DNA of 63,334 bases, the filler included, from Candidatus Coatesbacteria bacterium (GTDB taxonomy: Bacteria > JAFGND01), in NCBI GenBank assembly GCA_016927185.1. It is 3 parts of 3 records of this genome, joined end to end, with 100 filler letters (N's around TTAATTAATTAA, not from the genome) between each part and the next. Parts side by side here need not be neighbours in the genome. Positions count along the whole stretch, not along the records: positions 43,651 to 63,334 come from JAFGND010000051.1; 2 more parts are not named here. One strand, given 5' to 3'. The position numbers and the translations under genes are program-made. Shown here in pieces: positions 51,943 through 61,282 of the stretch. How positions within the stretch are numbered: position 1 is the stretch's first letter; every line of letters starts with the position of its first letter. The notes beneath the pieces are model-generated. The model was not told the DNA's origin, made no database searches, and saw nothing but the letters and a program-made list of their open reading frames with translations.

Positions 51943-53658
51943 ATGAAAAAACTAATAGGTGAATTGCTCCTTTCAAAAAATCTGATCACGGAGAAGCAAC
52001 TTCAAGAAGCTCTTACAAGACAAACCTCCTCTGGAGGGAAATTAGGTTATCACCTTCTTGAAATGGGAGTGATCACTCCTGAAAAACTGGCACAAGTTCT
52101 TGGAGAACAACACAATACTGAGTACGTTGATCTGACAAAAATAAACATCGCTCCTGAAATCTTGAAACTTGTCCCTGCTGAGATAGCCCAGCGATTCCAG
52201 GTTGTTCCTTACGAGCGCAGGGGAAGAATGCTCAAGGTAGCAATGGTTAATCCTCATCAACTTGATCAGGTCAATGATTTAAGTTTCATAACAGGCTTTG
52301 ATATTATTCCTGTTGTAGCACCAGAAAACTCTATTGCAAAAGCAATACTTAAATATTATAAAGTGAATGTCAGTCTGGCTGAAGTCATGAAGGATATAGA
52401 GAGTGAAGAGGAAATTGAATTCCTTGAAAGCGAGGAAGAAGACCAGTCAGAAATGGAAGAAGATGAAGGAGCGCTTGGAGACGATGCTCTGGCTGATGCA
52501 CCAGTTGTCAAGCTTGTCAATACCATGATTAGCGAGGCAGTAATGAAAAGAGCATCAGATATTCATGTAGAGCCTTATGAAAAATTCCTTAGAGTAAGAT
52601 ATAGAATAGATGGTGTTTTGTACGAAATGATGAAACCACCACTTAAACTCAAGAATGCAATAGTTTCCCGCGTGAAGATCATGGCAAAACTAGATATTGC
52701 TGTGAAGCATCTACCGCAGGATGGTCGCGTGAAGATCAAGGTGCAAAACAAGACTATTGACTTGCGTGTGGCTACAATTCCAACAATGTTCGGGGAAAAA
52801 CTTGAAATACGTATTCTGGACCGTTCACAGGTAAGCCTGGATATGACAACCCTTGGATTCAATGATCATGCATTGGATACTTTCAAGAGAGTTATCACGC
52901 TTCCCTATGGGATAATTCTGGTTACTGGTCCAACAGGTTGTGGCAAGACTACAACCCTCTATTCAGCAATAACTGAATTGAACAAGGTTTCTGAAAACAT
53001 AATGACTGCTGAAGATCCTGTGGAGTTCAACCTGAGAGGAATCAATCAGGTGCAGGTAAATGAAAATGTGGGACTCACTTTTGCAAGTGCATTACGTGCC
53101 TTCCTGCGTCAGGATCCCGATATAATAATGGTTGGAGAAGTCCGTGACCTTGAAACTGCAGCCATTGCAATACGTGCAGCATTGACAGGTCACTTAGTAT
53201 TCTCCACATCACATACAAATGATGCCCCAAGCACGGTTAACCGTCTTGTTGATTTAGGTGTTGAACCATTCCTCCTGGCATCATCATTGAAAATGGTTGT
53301 TTCACAGCGTTTGCTCAGAAAAGTATGCACAAAATGTGCTGCTCCTGTCAAGATTCATGCAGAATCCTACAAGGAAGCAGGTATTAATCCTGATGAAATG
53401 GAGAATGTCACTCCATTACAGGGAACGGGCTGTGATTATTGCAATCATACTGGTTACAGGGGAAGAGTTGGAATATTCGAGGCAATGTCAATAGGTGACG
53501 TAATGAGTGAAATGATATTGGCTGGAGCAACAACATTCGAGCTCGAGAAACAGGCCAAGAAAGATGGTATGATTAATCTTCATGACGACGCTGTCTTGAA
53601 GTTCAAGGCAGGCCAGACAACTCTTGAAGAAGTCATGAGAGAAACCATGTCAGTTTAG
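51943..53658 (+). CDS. pilB: Type IV pilus assembly ATPase PilB, paralog 1
   Basis: MshEN-like N-terminus, ASDIHVEP, GPTGCGKTT, RQDPDIIMVGE, tetracysteine motif. Confidence 0.92.
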   Translation: MKKLIGELLLSKNLITEKQLQEALTRQTSSGGKLGYHLLEMGVITPEKLAQVLGEQHNTEYVDLTKINIAPEILKLVPAEIAQRFQVVPYERRGRMLKVAMVNPHQLDQVNDLSFITGFDIIPVVAPENSIAKAILKYYKVNVSLAEVMKDIESEEEIEFLESEEEDQSEMEEDEGALGDDALADAPVVKLVNTMISEAVMKRASDIHVEPYEKFLRVRYRIDGVLYEMMKPPLKLKNAIVSRVKIMAKLDIAVKHLPQDGRVKIKVQNKTIDLRVATIPTMFGEKLEIRILDRSQVSLDMTTLGFNDHALDTFKRVITLPYGIILVTGPTGCGKTTTLYSAITELNKVSENIMTAEDPVEFNLRGINQVQVNENVGLTFASALRAFLRQDPDIIMVGEVRDLETAAIAIRAALTGHLVFSTSHTNDAPSTVNRLVDLGVEPFLLASSLKMVVSQRLLRKVCTKCAAPVKIHAESYKEAGINPDEMENVTPLQGTGCDYCNHTGYRGRVGIFEAMSIGDVMSEMILAGATTFELEKQAKKDGMINLHDDAVLKFKAGQTTLEEVMRETMSV

Positions 53659-53667
53659 GAGGTCAAA

Positions 53668-55362
53668 GTGCGTCTAGGACAAATGTTAGTTGAATCCGGG
53701 ATAATAACTGACAAGCAGTTGGAAGTTGCCCTTTCTGAACAGAGAAAATCAGGAGGAAGAATTGGATATACGCTCATTCGTTTTGGTTTTGCTACTGAAG
53801 ATGATATTGCAAAAGCTCTTGGTCAGCAATATAATCTTCCATCCATAAATCTTTCCAACATAATTCTTCCCTCAGATACTTTAAGCGTAATACCTGCTGA
53901 AGTTGCACAAAAGCATCAAGTCGTTCCCGTAGCAAGGAAAGGGAAGATACTGGAAGTGGCAATGATAGATCCTTTCAATATTCATGCAATAGATGATATC
54001 GAGTTTGTTACAGGATACAGGGTAAAGCCCCTTGTATGTCCTGAAACAACATTAACAAGAGCTTTGAAAGAATATTATGATGTAAATACTGTTCTTACAA
54101 AAGTTATAAATGAGATTGAATCTGATGAAGGTGAGGTTGAAGTTGTAGATGAAGGTGATGACGGACTTTCTGAAAGTGAGGTATCACAGGCAATCAATGA
54201 TGCTCCTGTCATAAAGCTCGTTAATGATATCATTTCAGAGGCAGTCAAGAGAGAGGCTTCAGATATTCATGTTGAACCTTTCGAGAAGGAATTTGTAGTA
54301 AGATACAGGATTGATGGAGCATGTCATGATGTAATGCATCCACCAATGAGTCTTAAAAATGCAATTATCTCGCGCATAAAGATCATGAGTGAAATGAATA
54401 TAGCAGAAAAGCGTGTATGCCAGGATGGGCGTATAAAAATAAATGTACAGGGAAGAACAATAGACCTTCGCGTAAGTGCTGTTCCTGTCCTTGCCGGCGA
54501 AAAAATTGTAATGCGTATTCTTGACAAGGGATCCTTGAGTTTTGATTTGACAGTACTTGGATTCCCTAAAGCTTCGCTTGACAGATTCATAAAAGCTATT
54601 GAAAGTCCTTTCGGCATTGTATTGGTTACAGGCCCTACAGGATCTGGCAAGACAACAACTCTGTATTCAGCACTCTCTAGATTGAACAAGGAAACAGTCC
54701 ATATCATGACTGCTGAAGATCCTATTGAATACCATCTTGATGGACTCAATCAGGTGCAGATACATGAGGAAATTGGACTTGATTTTGCAAATACATTACG
54801 TGCAATGCTGCGTCAGGATCCTAATATAATTATGGTTGGAGAAATACGTGACCATGAAACTGCGGCAATAGCTATAAAGGCATCCCTGACAGGACATCTG
54901 GTTCTTTCCACAATTCATACTAATGATGCACCTTCTACTATACACAGGCTTATTGATATGGGAATTCAACCATTCCTTGTATCATCTGCAACAAGATTGA
55001 TTATGGCACAAAGACTTGTGAAGAAAATCTGTCCAAGATGCAAGGAAAAGGTTACATATAAAGATGAGAAATTCGAAGAACTGGATATGAATCCCAATGA
55101 TTACAGAGACATAACACTTTACAAAGGCAAGGGATGTTCCAAATGCAATAATACCGGATACAAGGGACGTATTGGAATATATGAAGTTATGAGTATAACC
55201 AATGAAGTCAGGGAACTGATTTTAGAGAAGAAATCTACTCAGTCCATAAAGAAATTAGCTACTGATCAGGGCATGATAACCCTGCGCGGAGATGCAATAT
55301 TAAAAATGGTTGATGGAATTACAACACTTGAAGAAGTTAAACGTGTAACTGCTTCAGATTAA
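53668..55362 (+). CDS. pilB: Type IV pilus assembly ATPase PilB, paralog 2
   Basis: RLGQML..G MshEN, GPTGSGKTT, RQDPNIIMVGE, tetracysteine motif. Confidence 0.92.
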   Translation: MRLGQMLVESGIITDKQLEVALSEQRKSGGRIGYTLIRFGFATEDDIAKALGQQYNLPSINLSNIILPSDTLSVIPAEVAQKHQVVPVARKGKILEVAMIDPFNIHAIDDIEFVTGYRVKPLVCPETTLTRALKEYYDVNTVLTKVINEIESDEGEVEVVDEGDDGLSESEVSQAINDAPVIKLVNDIISEAVKREASDIHVEPFEKEFVVRYRIDGACHDVMHPPMSLKNAIISRIKIMSEMNIAEKRVCQDGRIKINVQGRTIDLRVSAVPVLAGEKIVMRILDKGSLSFDLTVLGFPKASLDRFIKAIESPFGIVLVTGPTGSGKTTTLYSALSRLNKETVHIMTAEDPIEYHLDGLNQVQIHEEIGLDFANTLRAMLRQDPNIIMVGEIRDHETAAIAIKASLTGHLVLSTIHTNDAPSTIHRLIDMGIQPFLVSSATRLIMAQRLVKKICPRCKEKVTYKDEKFEELDMNPNDYRDITLYKGKGCSKCNNTGYKGRIGIYEVMSITNEVRELILEKKSTQSIKKLATDQGMITLRGDAILKMVDGITTLEEVKRVTASD

Positions 55363-55373
55363 GGGGGGATAGA

Positions 55374-56447
55374 ATGATTACTATTCATGAGCTTTTGGAG
55401 GAAATGGTTGGCAAGAAATCAACTGACCTTCATATAACTGCGGGAGCTCCTCCAATATACAGAATTGATGGTGAGCTTGTAAGAACAGAATATGAAGAAC
55501 TGAGTCCTGCAATGACACAGAGATTGATATACTCTATACTTACAGAAGACCAGAAAAAGAGATTCGAAACCCATAAAGAACTGGACTTGTCATTCGGTCT
55601 AAAAGGGGTAAGCAGATTCAGATGCAATGTTTTTCTGCAGCGTGGCTGTGTAGCAGCAGCAATGAGAACAATCCCTTATGAAATCCTAACCTTCAAGGAG
55701 TTAGGCCTTCCTGATGTTGTTCCCAAACTATGCAGAAAGAAAAAAGGCCTGATTCTGGTTACCGGTCCTACTGGTTCAGGAAAAACTACTACCCTGGCTT
55801 CCATGCTTGACATGATAAACAATGAAAGACCTGAGCATATAATAACTGTGGAAGATCCTATTGAATATGTTTTCAAGCACAGGAAAGCCATGGTTAATCA
55901 AAGAGAAGTAGGTGCAGATACTGATTCTTTTGGTAATGCCTTGAAATATGTTCTGCGTCAGGATCCTGATGTTGTGCTGATAGGAGAGATGCGTGATATA
56001 GAAACCATGAAAGTGGCTCTTACTGTAGCAGAAACAGGGCATTTGACATTTGCAACATTGCATACGAATTCTACTGCAGAAACAATCAACCGTTTGATTG
56101 ACTCCTTCCCGGCAGAACAACAAGGACAGGTACGTTCTCAGCTAGCCTTCGTTCTCGAGGCTGTCATATGCCAGCAGCTCATAAGAAGGGCAAATGGAAA
56201 GGGAAGAACTCTTGCTGCAGAACTTATGGTTGTTACTCCTGCAATAAGAGCAGCTGTCCGTGAAGAGAAAGTACATCAAATCTACGGCATGATGCAGGCA
56301 GGACAGAAGTACGGAATGCAGACATTGAACCAATGCTTGTTCAGGATGTATACTGAAGGAAAGATTTCGTACGAAAGTGCTATGATATATTCTACGATAC
56401 CTGATGAACTTGAAAGAATGATAATTGAAAGTCAGAAACAGAAATAG
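55374..56447 (+). CDS. pilT: Pilus retraction ATPase PilT
   Basis: DLHITAG, GPTGSGKTT, EDPIE, GEMRD, AIRAAVRE (AIRNLIRE-like), GMQT. Confidence 0.94.
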   Translation: MITIHELLEEMVGKKSTDLHITAGAPPIYRIDGELVRTEYEELSPAMTQRLIYSILTEDQKKRFETHKELDLSFGLKGVSRFRCNVFLQRGCVAAAMRTIPYEILTFKELGLPDVVPKLCRKKKGLILVTGPTGSGKTTTLASMLDMINNERPEHIITVEDPIEYVFKHRKAMVNQREVGADTDSFGNALKYVLRQDPDVVLIGEMRDIETMKVALTVAETGHLTFATLHTNSTAETINRLIDSFPAEQQGQVRSQLAFVLEAVICQQLIRRANGKGRTLAAELMVVTPAIRAAVREEKVHQIYGMMQAGQKYGMQTLNQCLFRMYTEGKISYESAMIYSTIPDELERMIIESQKQK

Positions 56448-56456
56448 AGGAGGTGG

Positions 56457-57674
56457 ATGATGCAAGTTTATATCTGGAAAGGGATCAACGCAGCGGGAAA
56501 AGAGATTACTGCTGAGATGGAAGCTGATAGTGAAGAACAAGTAATTGCTGCGCTAAGAAGAAGGAAATTAAAAATAATAAGTGTAAGAAAGAAACCTGCA
56601 GAACTGAGGCTTCCGTTCGGCAGGGGGGGATCAGTTTCCGTAAAGGACCTGGCTATTTTTACAAGACAGTTTTCTACAATGATTAATGCAGGATTGCCTC
56701 TGGATCAGTGCCTTAATATCCTGAGCAAGCAGGCTGAAAAAGAATCATTCCAGAAAGCCATAGCAAAAATCAACCAGGAAGTTGAAAAAGGTTCAACACT
56801 TGCAGAGGCTTTAGCCAAATTCAAGAATATTTTCAATGATCTTTATATTAATATGGTGAAAGCAGGAGAAGCTGGAGGTATTCTGGATCAGATTCTTCAC
56901 CGTCTGGCATTATTCCTTGAAAAATCTGATCAGTTGAGAAGAAAAGTGTTTGCAGCAATGATGTATCCTGTTGTTATTACTTTCGTTGCCATTGGAGCAA
57001 CCTCTTTCATGCTTTTGTTCATCATCCCAATATTTGCCACAATGTTTGCAGGATTTGGAGCAAAATTGCCTTTGCCGACAAGAATTGTGGTTTTCATGGC
57101 TGATGTATTGAGAGGCTACTGGTGGCTTATCTTAAGTATCATTGCAGGCGTATTTCTTGCATTGCGAGCCTACAAAAAAACGGATCAGGGAGAGAAAGTC
57201 CTGGATGGCTTGAAATTGAAGGCACCAGTATTCGGTGATATTATCAAGAAAATAGCTGTGGCAAGATTCACAAGAACACTTGGGACACTTCTTAATTCAG
57301 GAGTGCCTATTATAGAGGGATTAATAGTGACTTCAAAAACAACTGGAAACAGGGTAATAGGTGATGCCATCCTTTCAGCAAGAATTTCGATCTCAGAAGG
57401 TCAGACAATTGCTGCACCGCTTGAGAAAACAAGAGTTTTCCCTCCAATGGTTATTCAGATGATAGAAGTTGGAGAACAGACTGGTAACCTGGACGAAATG
57501 TTAAACAAGGTGGCAGATTTCTACGATGATGAAGTTGATACTGCCGTAAGCGGTATAATGTCCATCCTTGAACCTATTATCATAGTGGCATTAGGTGTAC
57601 TTATCGGTGGAATGGTTATAGCAATGTACTTGCCATTGTTCGATATTATAAAGGTTGCAGGAGGATCAAAATAA
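56457..57674 (+). CDS. pilC: Type IV pilus platform protein PilC (GspF family)
   Basis: FTRQFSTMINAGLPL, AGEAGG.L, AMMYP, GEQTGNLDEML, LEP, AMYLP. Confidence 0.95.
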   Translation: MMQVYIWKGINAAGKEITAEMEADSEEQVIAALRRRKLKIISVRKKPAELRLPFGRGGSVSVKDLAIFTRQFSTMINAGLPLDQCLNILSKQAEKESFQKAIAKINQEVEKGSTLAEALAKFKNIFNDLYINMVKAGEAGGILDQILHRLALFLEKSDQLRRKVFAAMMYPVVITFVAIGATSFMLLFIIPIFATMFAGFGAKLPLPTRIVVFMADVLRGYWWLILSIIAGVFLALRAYKKTDQGEKVLDGLKLKAPVFGDIIKKIAVARFTRTLGTLLNSGVPIIEGLIVTSKTTGNRVIGDAILSARISISEGQTIAAPLEKTRVFPPMVIQMIEVGEQTGNLDEMLNKVADFYDDEVDTAVSGIMSILEPIIIVALGVLIGGMVIAMYLPLFDIIKVAGGSK

Positions 57675-59110
57675 TCAGAAAAAAACTGCTTTTTGCAGGA
57701 TTGATATTCTTCATATTGAGCTGTACGGCATCTGTCAAGAACAGGTCTCTTGAGGATATTATTCCTGCTAATTCAGCAGCAATTGCAAGGATTTCCAGCT
57801 TGTCAAAAGCAAAAAACATACTGGAGATCTTTATTGCACTAAAGCCTGAAAAACTGGATTTTGATGGAGGCGTTATCAGGGAACTGATAATGCTTCTATC
57901 CAAACCTGAAAATGGTTTTTCCCAGGACAAACCTGTTGGCCTGGTTTATCTGCCATCAGGAAAATCCATATTTTTCTTCCAGATTGAAGACAGAAAAAAG
58001 GCTGAATCTTTCATTAAATCTAAAAAAGACAAGAATGAGAAATCGACTGATAATATTTTCAAACTGCAAGGAAAGGACATTTTTGCAGCTTTTCAGGACA
58101 ATTTTCTTCTGCTTTCAGAAAGCAGACCTGATATTGCTTCACAGTTAGCATTGACATTGCCAACTGATTTCAGGAAGGCTTTTCCCTCGGTAGTGAAAGA
58201 GATAAAGGAAAAAATCCCTGAATTTCTGCTTTATATTGACATTCCCAAAGCCAAACTGAAGGAGATGGAAAATCTTCCTTTCAAGGGAAAGTCATTTCTT
58301 CTGAGTGTAAATACTCAACAGACAGATTTCGCTTTTGCACAGCTTGAAGTAGAACCTTCTCCTTTAGTAAACCAGTATACTTCAGGTTCCCAGATAGAAT
58401 GGGATATTTCAAATCTTCTTCCAGATTCACCTCTTGTCTTGATAAGAACTGGCATTCCTACAGCAATCGCAGAGAACCTTCTTCCATTACTGATTGGGGC
58501 AAAAGTTATAAAACCTTTTTCCTCTTTCGCTCCTGAAATAATCCAGAAATCGGAAGGTATTTCTCTTGCACTCCTGGCTCCAAAATCCGGTTCTGAAGGA
58601 AACTATACCCAAAATATGATGAATTTAATTCTTTCTGGGCAGAATATGCAATCTGTATTGAAAAACCCAATACTCAATCAGATCGTGCTTTTAATAAAAC
58701 TCAAAGAACCAGATGACATGCAGAAAACCTTGAATGAAATACAGAAACTTAGTCTCAAGACAAAGGATAAATACGATATTCAGATAGAGCTGGGAGGACC
58801 TTCAAAGGATGATCCCAACTCAGTCCTGTTTTCATATGGAAGTTACAAGGGCATGGTTTCATTGAAGGACAGCACTCTTGTTGTTAAAAGCGCAAATCAG
58901 GGAAAATCTTCATCCAGGAAATCATTACCTGACAAGATGAAAGGCAAGAATATTGCCTGCTGTTTAGTTGAAGTGGAAACACTTACCAAATTATCAGAGA
59001 ATATTCCAGTTGCCGGTCAGGTTCTTGGCAAGATACCATGGAAGCAAATTTCAGGTGAACTTGTCCAGAATGAGGCTAGATTCACCCTTATTCTAAGCGG
59101 CGAAAAATAG
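57671..59110 (+). CDS. Hypothetical lipoprotein downstream of pilC
   Basis: Lipobox ILSC. The full signal peptide and RBS spacing point to an ATA start at 57671, upstream of the TTG at 57701. Confidence 0.65.
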   Translation: MIRKKLLFAGLIFFILSCTASVKNRSLEDIIPANSAAIARISSLSKAKNILEIFIALKPEKLDFDGGVIRELIMLLSKPENGFSQDKPVGLVYLPSGKSIFFFQIEDRKKAESFIKSKKDKNEKSTDNIFKLQGKDIFAAFQDNFLLLSESRPDIASQLALTLPTDFRKAFPSVVKEIKEKIPEFLLYIDIPKAKLKEMENLPFKGKSFLLSVNTQQTDFAFAQLEVEPSPLVNQYTSGSQIEWDISNLLPDSPLVLIRTGIPTAIAENLLPLLIGAKVIKPFSSFAPEIIQKSEGISLALLAPKSGSEGNYTQNMMNLILSGQNMQSVLKNPILNQIVLLIKLKEPDDMQKTLNEIQKLSLKTKDKYDIQIELGGPSKDDPNSVLFSYGSYKGMVSLKDSTLVVKSANQGKSSSRKSLPDKMKGKNIACCLVEVETLTKLSENIPVAGQVLGKIPWKQISGELVQNEARFTLILSGEK

Positions 59111-59125
59111 GGATTTTTTCGGTTT

Positions 59126-60769
59126 CTATTTAAGATCTTCGGGTACTTCCTGAAACAGATTATCAGTATTGGTTTTTTGTTGAGGACTTTTGTCATCCTG
59201 CTTTGCAGAAAAATTGTCCATGTCATTAATCTTTTCCCTCAAATCCTTGACGTGCTTGGTTATATAGGAGCCTTTGGATTTTCTCAATTCACCAAGAGGA
59301 TATAGTTTCAATGCCCTTGCTCCGTCCTTTGCACATTTTGCTGCACATAATCCGCATCCCATGCAAACATCCTCTACAACATGAAAGACAGGAACACTCT
59401 TTCCATCTATAATCTCAGTATCCCTGTAAATGGCATTATAAGGGCATATCTCATCACACATCAGGCACTCTTTTCCATGTGCCCATGCAAGACATCTGCT
59501 TTTGTCTACCTCCACCATTCCCATCTTAGCAAATTGCTTTTCTTCAAGAGGGAGCTTTCTCAAAGCACCAGTGGGACAGACTTGTCCGCACAAGTTACAT
59601 TCGGGAGTGCAGCCTGCTATATAACCATCTATGAATGGAGTTCCCATTGCAGGAATACCTTCCTGAAGGAAGGCAGGCTGAAGACAATGACTTGGACATG
59701 CTTTCATGCATGCACCACATCTTATGCATTTTTCCAGGAATTCCTTTTCAGGAATGGCTCCTGGTGGTCTCACTATTTTTCTGAAATTGGAGCTGGCATC
59801 ACCTTTTGATATCCATGCGATTGCGAAACCAACTCCTGCATATAATATGCAATCACGTCTTTCCAGCCCGTAATTAGGTCTCAATCTTTTCTTGTCAATT
59901 CCGGGCATGAATTTATATGAAATGCCTTTTGTGGGGCAACTGTCAATACAATTGAAACAAAGAATGCATTCCTCATGCGGGATTTCTTCCTGGGAGGTTC
60001 TGTCATTTGCAACAGGGCAATTCTTCATGCAGACTTTGCAGTGAGGGCAATTTTCAACCACTTTCATCCTGAACAAGCTGAATTTTGCCATTAGTTCATA
60101 CAGCAAACCAAGCGGACATAAATATCTGCACCAGAATCTCTCGGCAAGAAGACTCAAGAGAATGATAATGATTATCGCCGCCAGGTTATATACTGCTAGA
60201 TGATAATAGGGTACGTCAATATTAAGGAGAGTCCATTTTTCAGGCAGCATGAAGCTTAACCAGTCCTGCATTGATTTTGCCAGATGCTTCAAAGGTCCTG
60301 TTACTGACGTAGTCATGAACCTTGTTATTAGTGACATTGGTTCAATCAGAAACAGCAGGGAAACACCATAAATAGAAGCTCCAATAAGAACAAGCAGATT
60401 TATCCATCTTAATGCAAAAACAAACCTTGGTATCTTGACTGACTTTCTCAGCCTTTTTATCCATATCCAGTCAGAAATATCTATAAGGTTACCAAGCGGA
60501 CAGACATATCCGCAGAAAAAACGACCGAATACGAAAGTGAGTAAAATGAAAATTATGGATGGGAAGAAATATTTGAAATTCAAAGCCCTGTTTGAAATGA
60601 AGACAATCAGCCAGTCAAGGGGATTAGTCCTGAAATAAAGGTTCAATCCAAACCAGTTGCTTTTTTCTGACAAACTGAAAAATGCAAGAAACAAGAATAA
60701 CAGGAAGAACCCCGTCTTAATGATTTTGTTTAGCTTTGAAATTTTCATATCAACAAAAGAAAAAAGCAA
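59126..60769 (-). CDS. Membrane polyferredoxin (NapH/MauN-like fused to NapG/MauM-like)
   Basis: GRFFCGYVCPLG, RFWCRYLCPLG, RPPGA, several CxxCxxCxxxCP motifs. Confidence 0.9.
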   Translation of the reverse strand: MLFSFVDMKISKLNKIIKTGFFLLFLFLAFFSLSEKSNWFGLNLYFRTNPLDWLIVFISNRALNFKYFFPSIIFILLTFVFGRFFCGYVCPLGNLIDISDWIWIKRLRKSVKIPRFVFALRWINLLVLIGASIYGVSLLFLIEPMSLITRFMTTSVTGPLKHLAKSMQDWLSFMLPEKWTLLNIDVPYYHLAVYNLAAIIIIILLSLLAERFWCRYLCPLGLLYELMAKFSLFRMKVVENCPHCKVCMKNCPVANDRTSQEEIPHEECILCFNCIDSCPTKGISYKFMPGIDKKRLRPNYGLERRDCILYAGVGFAIAWISKGDASSNFRKIVRPPGAIPEKEFLEKCIRCGACMKACPSHCLQPAFLQEGIPAMGTPFIDGYIAGCTPECNLCGQVCPTGALRKLPLEEKQFAKMGMVEVDKSRCLAWAHGKECLMCDEICPYNAIYRDTEIIDGKSVPVFHVVEDVCMGCGLCAAKCAKDGARALKLYPLGELRKSKGSYITKHVKDLREKINDMDNFSAKQDDKSPQQKTNTDNLFQEVPEDLK

Positions 60770-60906
60770 GAGGACTGTGTCAAGATAAATACTTGTATGA
60801 ATATCACCTCAGAATATTTCAAAAAAAAGTTTCTCAAAAATAAAATTCTATTTACAAAATTCCTTTATATTTTCAAATTGGGATTACTTAATATTTTAAA
60901 AAAAGC

Positions 60907-61269
60907 ATGAATAATAAAGTATTGATTGTTGATGACGCGATATTTATGCGTGCCCTGCTGAAGGACATCCTTACAAACGGAGGGTATACTGTTGTTGCTG
61001 AAGCTTCCAATGGAAGGGAAGCGATAGAGCAATACAAGAAGCATAAGCCTGTCGTAGTGCTTATGGACATTGTAATGCCTGATATGGATGGAATAGAAGC
61101 AGTCAAGGAAATCATGAAATATGATTCCAATGCAAAAGTCATTATGTGCAGCGCACTTGGTCAGCAACCGCTTGTTCTTGAAGCCCTCAATGCTGGTGCA
61201 AAAGAGTTTATTATCAAGCCTTTCCAGGCAGAGAAAGTACTTTCCTCAATTAATTCAATATTATCCTGA
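60907..61269 (+). CDS. cheY: Chemotaxis response regulator CheY
   Basis: VDDAIFMR, MDIVMP, MCSALGQ, KPF. Confidence 0.9.
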   Translation: MNNKVLIVDDAIFMRALLKDILTNGGYTVVAEASNGREAIEQYKKHKPVVVLMDIVMPDMDGIEAVKEIMKYDSNAKVIMCSALGQQPLVLEALNAGAKEFIIKPFQAEKVLSSINSILS

Positions 61270-61282
61270 TTTTTAGGGAATT

